NCBI GenBank assembly: GCA_963806855.1
Contig: CAWDYW010000003.1
Location: forward strand, 288,001 to 352,000
DNA: 64,000 nucleotides
Direction of reading: 5' to 3'
DNA from: an uncultured Verrucomicrobiae bacterium
Lineage (GTDB): Bacteria; Chlamydiota; Chlamydiia; Chlamydiales; Rhabdochlamydiaceae
Shown here: positions 47,872 through 56,977 of the stretch, one piece after another
Layout of the letters: each line of letters opens with the position of its first letter
Numbering within the stretch: the stretch's first letter is position 1
The notes under the pieces: generated by a model
Told to the model about the DNA's origin: nothing
Databases searched by the model: none
What the model saw: only the letters and a program-made list of their open reading frames with translations
Position numbers and translations under genes: made by a program

Positions 47872-49173
47872 TTATGAGCCTTGACTACCCTTGCGCTGGG
47901 GAAAACGTCCTGCGCGCTTGCCTTGAGCGTGGGGGTGTTTGTTACGGGACTGATTGCCGCCACCGCGCCAAGCAGGATTTTTATTCCCAGCCCTAGGCGT
48001 GTTCCGCCCATTTGGAATGGGTTCGGCTTTGATCTCTGGATTTGGCTCATAGCTTGGAATGATCACTTTTGGGATCTCACGTTTTATAAGACGCTCAATA
48101 TCCTTTAGCAATTTGTGTTCATCGATGCATACAAGAGAGACTGCGCCCCCTTCTTTACCAGCACGCCCAGTTCGTCCAATGCGGTGGACGTAGTCTTCTG
48201 GGACATTGGGCAACTCGAAATTGACGACATGGGGCAATTCATCGATATCTAGGCCACGCGCAGCGATATCAGTGGCAACTAAAACGCGAACTTTCCCCAG
48301 TTTGAAATCTGCCAAAGCTTTAGTACGGGCACCTTGGCTCTTATTGCCATGAATAGCTGCAGCATTGATTCCATCGAGTTCCAATTGCTGAGCAAGTCGA
48401 TTAGCGCCATGTTTAGTCCGGGTAAATACCAGCACTTGCTTCCAATTCTCAGAAGAAATGAGGAAGGAGAGAAGGGCTCTTTTTCGTTTGTTGTCGACCG
48501 GATAGATCACTTGGGAAACGAGATCAGCAGTAGAGTTATTGCTGGCGACCTCTACCATTTTAGGCGATTTTAGAAAGCCATCTGCAAGTCGTTTAATTTC
48601 GTCTGAAAAAGTAGCTGAAAATAGAAGGTTCTGCCGATTTTTTGGAAGTAGAGCTAGAATCTTACGGATATCGTGGATAAAGCCCATATCGAGCATCCGA
48701 TCAGCCTCATCCAAGACGAGAATTTCAATTTTGGAGAGATTGATTGTTCCTTGACCTATGTGATCCAATATGCGGCCTGGTGTCGCGACAACGATATCGA
48801 CCCCAGCGCGCAAGGCCCTGATCTGCGGATCGATATTGACGCCACCAAAAATGACAGCCGACTTGAGTTGAAGATATTTGCCATAGAGCCTGACACTTTC
48901 CTCTACTTGAGCAGCAAGCTCGCGCGTTGGCGTCAAGATGAGCGCTCGCACGGGACGCTGCGCTGCCTCTTTGGGCTTTCCGCTAAGAATCTGCAACAAG
49001 GGGAGGGTAAATCCAGCCGTTTTGCCTGTACCGGTCTGTGCTCTGGCCATGATATCGCCCCCTTCGAGAATAAGCGGGATGGCTAGCTGCTGTATTGGGG
49101 TGGGCACATCATAATTTTGTTCAACAACGGCTTTAAGAAGCTCAGGCAATAACCCAAGAGTTTTGAATGGCAT
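47872..49173 (-). CDS. rhlE: DEAD-box RNA helicase RhlE-like
   Basis: [34 protein letters not shown]. Confidence 0.9.
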   Translation of the reverse strand: MPFKTLGLLPELLKAVVEQNYDVPTPIQQLAIPLILEGGDIMARAQTGTGKTAGFTLPLLQILSGKPKEAAQRPVRALILTPTRELAAQVEESVRLYGKYLQLKSAVIFGGVNIDPQIRALRAGVDIVVATPGRILDHIGQGTINLSKIEILVLDEADRMLDMGFIHDIRKILALLPKNRQNLLFSATFSDEIKRLADGFLKSPKMVEVASNNSTADLVSQVIYPVDNKRKRALLSFLISSENWKQVLVFTRTKHGANRLAQQLELDGINAAAIHGNKSQGARTKALADFKLGKVRVLVATDIAARGLDIDELPHVVNFELPNVPEDYVHRIGRTGRAGKEGGAVSLVCIDEHKLLKDIERLIKREIPKVIIPSYEPNPEIKAEPIPNGRNTPRAGNKNPAWRGGGNQSRNKHPHAQGKRAGRFPQRKGSQGS

Positions 49174-49453
49174 AATTTTCCTTTTTTATTGGTAAGAGTT
49201 TGTGTCGAGGTTGTCCCGAAATGAACTCAATCTTAAATTTTTTTTATAAATCTACCTATTATTATAGCGCTTACCGCCCTAATAATAAAGGACTTTATTT
49301 AGGAAGCTCCTCGGAACAGAACGGATTTGCAGCCCTGCTTTGTTCAGACTAATGTAACGCCCTAAAAATCAATATGATGAAAGGGAATGAGCTATAGAGA
49401 ACTGGCTTAATCGGAATATGATTGATGGCTAGAGTAATGGTGATGCCAATTGC

Positions 49454-49990
49454 CTATTTAGTGGACTCCTTAACGATTTTTAAAGCTTCATTGTAGGGTT
49501 CTTCTTGGAGTAATATTATTTTTGCATCTTGTTCATTCCTGATACAATAACAAATTTTATTGTCGACTTGAAAAACATAAGTTATACTCCCATCTGTATA
49601 TGGAGTTGCATCCGATTTACGAAAAGAAACTTCGACTTCTGCTCTATCGGCTTTAAATGGATATTCCTTTAGAAATGGCCGAATCTTTTCATGTGAATTT
49701 ATCTTATCTAAAAATTTTTCAGTCAGTGCGACTTCAAGCTTCCTAGCTTCATCAATTGTACTTGGTTGATAAGCGATAAAGCCAGTCGAGATTTCTTCAA
49801 CGCTATAGGGGATTTTCCCGCCGCTGCCATTGCAAATTAAACCAAATTCTTCTTGCATCTCAGTAGCAAATGAATTAACAATCTCATTTACATAAATTTC
49901 ATAATCGGGCGTTGGATCTGTTTTATTATTCCTATAGCAGCCAAACAAAAAGAAGGTGAAAATAAATAGTGTTTTAATAGTTTTGTTCAT
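49454..49990 (-). CDS. Lipoprotein, putative immunity protein 2 of the Rhs toxin
   Basis: MNKTIKTLFIFTFFLFGC lipobox; paralogous to 50038-50571 along its length. Confidence 0.7.
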   Translation of the reverse strand: MNKTIKTLFIFTFFLFGCYRNNKTDPTPDYEIYVNEIVNSFATEMQEEFGLICNGSGGKIPYSVEEISTGFIAYQPSTIDEARKLEVALTEKFLDKINSHEKIRPFLKEYPFKADRAEVEVSFRKSDATPYTDGSITYVFQVDNKICYCIRNEQDAKIILLQEEPYNEALKIVKESTK

Positions 49991-50037
49991 GGAGCCCAAG
50001 AATATAGTTTGGATGAATGTAGAACGGCACTGGCATC

Positions 50038-50571
50038 TCAATTGGAAGAGTTACTGACGATTTTTAAGGCTTCATCATAGGGTTCTTTATGGAGAGGAAT
50101 TAATTGAGAAGAATGTTCATCAAATGATCGGTAAAAAATTGTATCTTTAACTTGAAATACAAATGCCACACTTCCATCCGAATATCTTCGTTTATCTGGT
50201 TGGTGAAAAGAGATTGAGACCTGGGCTCGACTAACTGTAAAAGGATATTCTCTCAAGAATGGACGAATCTTCTCATTGGAATTGATTGCGTTCAAAAATT
50301 TTTCAGTAACTGTTATTTCTAGTTTTCGAGCTTCATCTATTGTTGCTCGATGATATGACATAAAATCTATGCCAATTTCTTCAACATCATAGGGCATTTT
50401 GCCACCACTGCCAATACAGACTAAGCCGAATTCATTATTAATATCCTTGGCAAAGGACTTTATGATTTGATTTACATAAATTTCGTAATCTTCGGTTTTG
50501 CTTTGTTTTTCTTTCATGTTGCATCCGAGCAAAATTAATACAATAAAGATTGAGCTAATTGCTTTTCCCAT
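50038..50571 (-). CDS. Lipoprotein, putative cognate immunity protein of the Rhs toxin
   Basis: Lipobox LLGC; start overlaps the Rhs 3' end; AT-rich like the toxin tip. Confidence 0.72.
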   Translation of the reverse strand: MGKAISSIFIVLILLGCNMKEKQSKTEDYEIYVNQIIKSFAKDINNEFGLVCIGSGGKMPYDVEEIGIDFMSYHRATIDEARKLEITVTEKFLNAINSNEKIRPFLREYPFTVSRAQVSISFHQPDKRRYSDGSVAFVFQVKDTIFYRSFDEHSSQLIPLHKEPYDEALKIVSNSSN

Positions 50572-53500
50572 AAAATTGATATCTCTCTTTTACTATGTCG
50601 ATCCGGTTCTGTAAACCATATTGATTCGTTTGTCCTAAAAATGAATGTTCCTTAGTAAAGCTATTTGTGCTGTTATTTAAAAAATGTATTGAATAATCTT
50701 TTCCATTAGGCCCCGCTTGGGCAATTCTTCCATAGCGTCCAGTAAATACATCCCCATTTGAATAGAAATTATGCGCTTCCATGGCTTGTTTTGTGGATAT
50801 AGCTGAAGCAGGAGCAACCCCAATAAAATAAAGATGCTGTTTCAGAAGATCTTTCTGTTCGGGCGTCATTCCGTTAAATGTCGCATTGTAAATAGCTCCT
50901 GCACGACTATGTGCGGTATGCAATAAAATTAGCTCTGGATTAATTTTATGCATATTTTCAATAATTGTCACGAAAACTTGTCGCATCAATGAACTTGTGG
51001 GGGTGTCTTGGCTGTTTCTTTCTTTGATAGCATTTATACCATCTTTCCAAATGTTTTGAGTTTCAATATGCATTCCAATGAATAGGTGATCTTCATTTCC
51101 TACCATATTCATAACCGAATTGATCATCTCTGGATGCTCGCCGTAGCAGGTATTTATCCCATTTTGAAATGTCGTTAGTGCGATAAACTGCCCGCTGCTT
51201 GGAAACATCTCATGGAAATGCTTAGTAATATCTATTTTTCCTGCCTTAATTTCTTCCGGCGTCACTTTAATCTTATGGTAGATATTCGCTGAAATGAACC
51301 AATCCACTTGAATTTCATTTACGGTGACTGTGAGGGGGATTAGCCGGCTATTAGTGGTGGAACTTTGAAGATTTTTTGGGTAAGAATTGTGATAAAACTC
51401 CTTTTCATAATAAGGAATTTCCATCTTAACTGTATCAAGACCAAATAGATCAAGTCGATTGAGTGGGCTATTGTGGACATAGAGGTAGAGATTGGGGCTG
51501 TCGATGAAGCCGGCGGGGTCAGGGGTGAGCCAGCGGCCGAGCTGGGGATCGTAGAAGCGTTGGCCGAAGAATACGAGCCCTTTGATTGTCCGCTTGGAAT
51601 TGAAGCGCCAGGGGTTGATCGGAGGGCTCGAGCAATACTCTTGACCAAAGGCGGTGATGTCGTAGGTCTCTACGAGTTCTCCTTGGGAAGAGACGATTCC
51701 GATGATATTGCCGCTGAAGTCGTGAAGGGGTGCGTAGATTTGCCCATTTAGCTCGATGGCAACGGTTGCGCCGATGTCGCCTTTGATTCCGAGGCCGATG
51801 ACTTTTAATTCGAGGATTTTAATCTGCTCATTGAGGAGACCAATTTCGATATCTTGGTCATAGATGAAATATTGGGTGGTGTCGTTTAATTGGGCGTAGA
51901 GGCGGGAGAATGGATCATAGACGAATTGGACTTTGGATTGGCCCCGCTTTTCGATTGAAGTTAGCCGGTTGAGAGGATCGTAGGTATAGGTTGTTGTTTC
52001 GTTTGGGGTGAGCCTTTGTGTGGGGTTGCCATTGTCATCATAGATGAGGTGGATGTCCTCAGTTGTGTCGATTTGGTTGAGGTGGTTGACTTGGGCATTG
52101 ATCGGATTACCGAGTGAATCGAAGCTATAGCCCTTGTTGCCTTCTTGGCGGAGTTGATCGAGGGGGTCGTAGCGATATTCTTTTGAGGCGAAGAGGGAGC
52201 TTTCAATTTTGTTAACAAGGCCAGATGGACCGTATTCGATGAAAGAGGTGTTGTAGGGGGAAACTCGCTCGGCTGGGCGCTCGAAGAGATCGTGATGAGT
52301 CGTGAGCGTCCCAAGGCGTTGGATGAGCTCTTGTTGGGCGATTTGTCCGTTCTCGTCGAAATGGGTATAGGTATGGGCATATTTCGTAGAGCCTGTAGGG
52401 GAGAGGCGGGTAATTTGAGTTAGATGGAGATCGTTATAGCTATACTCCATCGCGGTGTTATCTGGGAGAGTAAATAGAGAGCGTCTTCCTTGATCATCAT
52501 AGTCCCAAGTCAGGCGGTTTTTTGTTGGAGAGGTCTCAGAAGTGATTTGGCCAAAGGTGTTGTAGGTGCGCGTCCAAAGAAGATGATGGATTTTGTCATA
52601 GGCAGTAGTGGGGGAGGGGCCTGATTCATATCCATAGTGGTAGTGAAGTTTGTTATCGGAACTATAGAGATCGGTCAGCCGGTCAAGTCCATCATAATCG
52701 AAATGGAGCTCGGTCCCATTAGGTTGCTTTTTAACCCTAAGCCGCCCCTTTTTGTCATAGGTGAAGGTAGTAATTTTTTCGTTGTTTTCATTCTCTAGAG
52801 CTACTCGTCCTCGGCTATCATACCCCCATCGAACTGAAAAGGTTTTCTTTGGGGTATGATCTTGATAAATGGTGGTTACTTGCTGGGCTTTATTGCCTGA
52901 ACGATCGTAAAAAAGGGTCTCTTTCGAAACGGTTCTTTCGTCGGGGCCCAGTTTCTCAACTTGGACGAGGCGGCTGAGGGCATCGAAGGTTTCTATGGTT
53001 TGATTGCCGAGCTGATCGATGGTGGTTTTGGTCAGGACTTTTTGCCCGAGATCGTTAGAAGTTTCCTCAGAATAGATAAATTGAGTCGTTTCGCCATGGG
53101 GATCGGTATGCTCGTAGAGCCGTCCTTCGGGATCATAGGTAAAGAGGTCGGTGGCCTCCCCTTGAGAGGTGAGGCGAACGGCTTTTTCTTTGCGTCGCTC
53201 ATGACCGTAGAAAAAAGTAGTGTGGTTTTCGATAGCCCCTTGGGTGTCTTCCTCCCACTGCTGGACAACATCACCCTCTTCGTTGTGCAGTGTGACTTTA
53301 GAATAGCCTCCACAGGTTGTTCGCTCTAAATGACCAAGGGGATCGAAGGTATAGGTGACGGTTCGATCTTCGGCTTGCTCTGCAATTTTCCTCCCGGCAT
53401 TATCATAAGTGTAGATGGTGGTCAATCCTTCGGGATTCGTATAGGTAGAGAGATGAAAGGTTTTATAGGTCCAAGTTTCTTTGCTAAGGAGGGCGCCGTT

Positions 53501-55870
53501 GGCCGAGTAGATCGTTTTGGAATCTTGCCTTTGCAAGTCATCATAGGTGTAGTGATCCTCTGTTCCATCAGGCTGGATCGTTTTCGCTAGAGTCCCGTTG
53601 AGGTTATAAATGTGCCGGATGACGCCTCCATCGGGATATTCAATTTTAATGGGTTTTCGGAGGGTGTTGTAGGTGGTTCTTGTGCAATTTCCCTGGGGAT
53701 CAGTATGGGAGAGGATGTTGCCTTGGACGTCGTGAGTGAAGGTGGCGATTGGGATATAGGGTTCGAGTTTTTCATCTAGGGCTTTGGAGAAATGGATCTC
53801 GGTGCAATTGCCAAAGTCATCGTAGGTTTGAGTTGTCGGATTGCCTTTGGAGTCGATTTGGAGGAATGGTCTGCCCTTAGCGTCGTAAGCCGTTTGTGTG
53901 ATTTTCTGATTCCCTTCGGTATCTATCTCAGTGAATCGATATGGACGGCCCGCTTTGTCATAGTCAATTTTTTTGCGGAGTTTACCCACTTCTTTTGAAT
54001 CTTTGAGATTATTGAGGGAGTCGTAGTCATAGATGTTTTCATATCCTAATGGGGTAGTCTTTCGCTTGATATTGCCATTGGAATCGTAGTTGGTAATCAA
54101 GGTATAGCGTTGCCTACTGTTTGAATCAAAAATCGTTTCGTTCTCAATTTGACAGCGGGTGTTATAGGTAAAAGTTCGTTTGATCAATTGCTTTTCTGCG
54201 CCTGTCTCTCGATCTAAATAAGTCTCGGTAATCGAGAGGCACAGTCCATTGCGCGGGCTGCGCTCGTAGGTTTTGATATGTCTTTCGGTCACTCCCGAGA
54301 GATCATTTTCACTATGCGTGATCCCATTATCGATAATTTCGCGAAAGAGCAGGTTGTCTGTGTCGTAATGGTAGTACTCTCTAAATAAGATTTTCCCATT
54401 TTTTAAGGTGATTTTCGAGTTGATAAGGTCGGTACCCGGTAGATAGAAATATTGGGTCGTAAGTCCACCTGATTCCTGCTCTTCATGAATCAGTTTCCCA
54501 ACATATTTGTAGGTTTTTCCGATGCAGTCTCCACCTTCTACATTCCCTTTAGAATCGATTGTGAGCCGGGTCTGCTTTTGCCCAGTAAAGTGGCCATGGA
54601 AGCTCTCTTGCCTAACGTTGTCCTTTTCGTCATAGTCGAATGTTTTAGCAAAAAGAGGCCTTCCCAAGGAGTCGAAAAGGGCTTTTGTCTTTAGATTGTC
54701 CCTCTTCCAAAAGAATTTTAGGACTGAATGGAGCTTGTCGTGTTTGTCAAAATACTCGATAGCATTAAGTTTGTTATTTGTGTGGTGGTAACGGATTCGA
54801 TGATTATCGACATCTCGGACGTCAGTATATTCAGCTTCATAGATGAATGTAGCGATTGGAATCGATTCTCCATTGGGACCAACTGGAGCTTTGAGAATAT
54901 GCACTTTGTCGGCAGAGTAATTCTTTTTTGGGATTTTTTTTGCCCAATCTTTTTCTTCTTTTTCATTGCTCGGTCGATAATAAGTGGCAGTGAATTGATC
55001 TTTGTGGCCAAATTCCATGCCGCTGACTCGAGCTCCGATGCCTTTTCTCCCTCCCTCATAGCAATAGTGCTCTCTTGGACGGCAATTGCTGCTGATATCC
55101 TCGATGTAGCATTGGTCTTTGAAGGTAAACATTTGATAGGTGAGGGTTTTGCCATCTGAAGTTTTAGCGGTGAACTTGGTTTGGTCTCCCTCATCCTCGG
55201 TATCAAAAGTGATCGAGGCTAAGACTTTTGTGCCAGAAGGGTTTTGTAGTTTGACGCCGGAAAGTCGATCATTTTCATAGGTATAGACGATGCGGTGCTT
55301 GCATGGGAGGATTTCATAGTCGAGATATCCAAATGTATTAGAGGTAATTGTATAATGAAAGATGCCCCCATCGGCTGCATAGAGAGTCGCAGTTCTTTTT
55401 TTCGGGTCTACTTTGATGTAGTTCTTCTCGGTATTTTTTCGTGAATTAATGCTGCTTGCCCGATGTTTGGTAAACTCTACAGGGTATAAATAATGTTTAT
55501 CCTTAGTGCCTTCTTTGTGGGCGTATTTTACTGGGTTTCCCTCTTTGTCCAAGAGGTAGATCTTGAGGGTCTCATGCTTAAAGCTTAATCCATCCCAATA
55601 CAAACGAATATGGGGGAAAATGGTCCATCCTTTATCAAATGTCGGATCGGAGAGGAGTGAATTTTGCAGTGCTCCGCCACTTGAATAGGTACGGGTGATG
55701 GAGAGAGGCATTCCTCCTTCGATGACAGCATCTTGAAAGCAGAGGTTGAGATGGCCGGTGATCACATTGACATGATGGAAGAGGGCGGGGTCCTCATCTT
55801 CGAAGCAGGTGGTGACGTTAGCCCAGACTGCAAATTGAAGGGAGATAAGAAATACGATTAAATATTTCAT
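50555..55870 (-). CDS. Rhs/YD-repeat protein with Sec signal peptide and C-terminal alpha/beta-hydrolase-like domain
   Basis: MKYLIVFLISLQFAVWA; HVNVITG..D....G..PL..TRTYSS; many YD..GR repeats; RFYDPQLGRWLTPDPAG...NLYLYVHNSPLNRLDLFGL core end. Confidence 0.95.
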   Translation of the reverse strand: MKYLIVFLISLQFAVWANVTTCFEDEDPALFHHVNVITGHLNLCFQDAVIEGGMPLSITRTYSSGGALQNSLLSDPTFDKGWTIFPHIRLYWDGLSFKHETLKIYLLDKEGNPVKYAHKEGTKDKHYLYPVEFTKHRASSINSRKNTEKNYIKVDPKKRTATLYAADGGIFHYTITSNTFGYLDYEILPCKHRIVYTYENDRLSGVKLQNPSGTKVLASITFDTEDEGDQTKFTAKTSDGKTLTYQMFTFKDQCYIEDISSNCRPREHYCYEGGRKGIGARVSGMEFGHKDQFTATYYRPSNEKEEKDWAKKIPKKNYSADKVHILKAPVGPNGESIPIATFIYEAEYTDVRDVDNHRIRYHHTNNKLNAIEYFDKHDKLHSVLKFFWKRDNLKTKALFDSLGRPLFAKTFDYDEKDNVRQESFHGHFTGQKQTRLTIDSKGNVEGGDCIGKTYKYVGKLIHEEQESGGLTTQYFYLPGTDLINSKITLKNGKILFREYYHYDTDNLLFREIIDNGITHSENDLSGVTERHIKTYERSPRNGLCLSITETYLDRETGAEKQLIKRTFTYNTRCQIENETIFDSNSRQRYTLITNYDSNGNIKRKTTPLGYENIYDYDSLNNLKDSKEVGKLRKKIDYDKAGRPYRFTEIDTEGNQKITQTAYDAKGRPFLQIDSKGNPTTQTYDDFGNCTEIHFSKALDEKLEPYIPIATFTHDVQGNILSHTDPQGNCTRTTYNTLRKPIKIEYPDGGVIRHIYNLNGTLAKTIQPDGTEDHYTYDDLQRQDSKTIYSANGALLSKETWTYKTFHLSTYTNPEGLTTIYTYDNAGRKIAEQAEDRTVTYTFDPLGHLERTTCGGYSKVTLHNEEGDVVQQWEEDTQGAIENHTTFFYGHERRKEKAVRLTSQGEATDLFTYDPEGRLYEHTDPHGETTQFIYSEETSNDLGQKVLTKTTIDQLGNQTIETFDALSRLVQVEKLGPDERTVSKETLFYDRSGNKAQQVTTIYQDHTPKKTFSVRWGYDSRGRVALENENNEKITTFTYDKKGRLRVKKQPNGTELHFDYDGLDRLTDLYSSDNKLHYHYGYESGPSPTTAYDKIHHLLWTRTYNTFGQITSETSPTKNRLTWDYDDQGRRSLFTLPDNTAMEYSYNDLHLTQITRLSPTGSTKYAHTYTHFDENGQIAQQELIQRLGTLTTHHDLFERPAERVSPYNTSFIEYGPSGLVNKIESSLFASKEYRYDPLDQLRQEGNKGYSFDSLGNPINAQVNHLNQIDTTEDIHLIYDDNGNPTQRLTPNETTTYTYDPLNRLTSIEKRGQSKVQFVYDPFSRLYAQLNDTTQYFIYDQDIEIGLLNEQIKILELKVIGLGIKGDIGATVAIELNGQIYAPLHDFSGNIIGIVSSQGELVETYDITAFGQEYCSSPPINPWRFNSKRTIKGLVFFGQRFYDPQLGRWLTPDPAGFIDSPNLYLYVHNSPLNRLDLFGLDTVKMEIPYYEKEFYHNSYPKNLQSSTTNSRLIPLTVTVNEIQVDWFISANIYHKIKVTPEEIKAGKIDITKHFHEMFPSSGQFIALTTFQNGINTCYGEHPEMINSVMNMVGNEDHLFIGMHIETQNIWKDGINAIKERNSQDTPTSSLMRQVFVTIIENMHKINPELILLHTAHSRAGAIYNATFNGMTPEQKDLLKQHLYFIGVAPASAISTKQAMEAHNFYSNGDVFTGRYGRIAQAGPNGKDYSIHFLNNSTNSFTKEHSFLGQTNQYGLQNRIDIVKERYQFYGKSN

Positions 55871-55913
55871 GGATAAAGAGGATGATCCAAGTAAATATTT
55901 TTCTCAAGTAATT

Positions 55914-56888
55914 TCAAAAGACGTAGAGATAGGCGAAGATCGCAGAGGCAAAGGCCCTTGAATTGCGGCCGGCGACGGTGCCCCAAGCGCCGAAGATGAT
56001 GCCTGATTTCGAGTTGAAATTATATTCGATCTGGGGGGCGATGCTTAGTGAGATGGAAGATGGGAGGCCAACAACGGCGGGGATACCTGGGCTTAAGATT
56101 CCAGGTCTGCCTTTGAAATGGGAAGAGGCTGTCTGATGTAGGAGCTCTATGTCCAGGGCAAGCACCCAATGGTTGCTGAGAGAGTACTCTGCAGAGAGAA
56201 TCGCTGTTAGCCCTTGGCCTGGACGAATTTTTCCTCTTGTTCCATGTCCACCACCATAGGTGTTTAACCCTTTTAGATAGGCGTTAGTGGGGAAAAGATA
56301 GCCAAAGCTCCAATAGAGATTCATGAAATGGCACGGAAATCTAAAGGTCTTTGAAAAGGCAAGTAAAGGGCCGAAGAAGTAGGCGCCTGAGCCCGTGATG
56401 TCTATGCCCTGCTTTTTTGGATCGAGGTGATTGTAATGGCCTGTAGGAAATAAAATTTCTAATCCTAATCTGAAATTGGGGACCCAGGAGTCTTTCTGGT
56501 CTTTTAAGACTTCATAACCAAGGATAATTGAAGAGTCTGTGAAGTGGGTGGCCTTTTGATTCCCTCTGAAATTAGACAAGAGTCCCCCGGTCAGCTCAAT
56601 CCCTAATCTTTTGGTGAGTTCGAAAATCACTTCTACCGCAGGGTTGGCTGACCAGGTGGTCTCCTGTCGTTTGAGTTTCCAATCAGATTGGTAGTTTCCA
56701 TAGAAGGCAGCTAAGGTGATAAAGGGCTCGATGGCATTGATGTTGACGGCTGTGGCTGAAAGATAGGTCCCCGTATACCAAATCTCATAGGCGGGGGGCT
56801 CAGGTAAAGGCTCCGCCATAGGGTTGATATCGGCGCTGAGAAGGGCGGGGCAAAGGGCGATGAGGCTAATCCAATTTCGAATGTGCAT
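55914..56888 (-). CDS. Outer-membrane beta-barrel 'transporter' (MetA-pathway-of-phenol-degradation-like family)
   Basis: Signal peptide, FPTG.Y...TGSG motif, amphipathic strands, C-terminal YLYVF. Confidence 0.7.
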   Translation of the reverse strand: MHIRNWISLIALCPALLSADINPMAEPLPEPPAYEIWYTGTYLSATAVNINAIEPFITLAAFYGNYQSDWKLKRQETTWSANPAVEVIFELTKRLGIELTGGLLSNFRGNQKATHFTDSSIILGYEVLKDQKDSWVPNFRLGLEILFPTGHYNHLDPKKQGIDITGSGAYFFGPLLAFSKTFRFPCHFMNLYWSFGYLFPTNAYLKGLNTYGGGHGTRGKIRPGQGLTAILSAEYSLSNHWVLALDIELLHQTASSHFKGRPGILSPGIPAVVGLPSSISLSIAPQIEYNFNSKSGIIFGAWGTVAGRNSRAFASAIFAYLYVF

Positions 56889-56977
56889 ACACTTGATGAT
56901 AGGGACTCTGCAAAATTTTTCGTACTGTTTTTAAAATTTTAATGTGTGTACAATGTTTCCAAATTTTGGAGGTCTAT

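Noticed and set aside
49290..49365. Possible structured leader RNA upstream of rhlE
   Set aside because: A GC-richer patch, but I could not derive a convincing fold or match it to a known family
50555..55870. Type VI secretion locus
   Set aside because: No PAAR, VgrG, Hcp, EagR or tss genes in the window, and the Rhs has a Sec-type signal peptide
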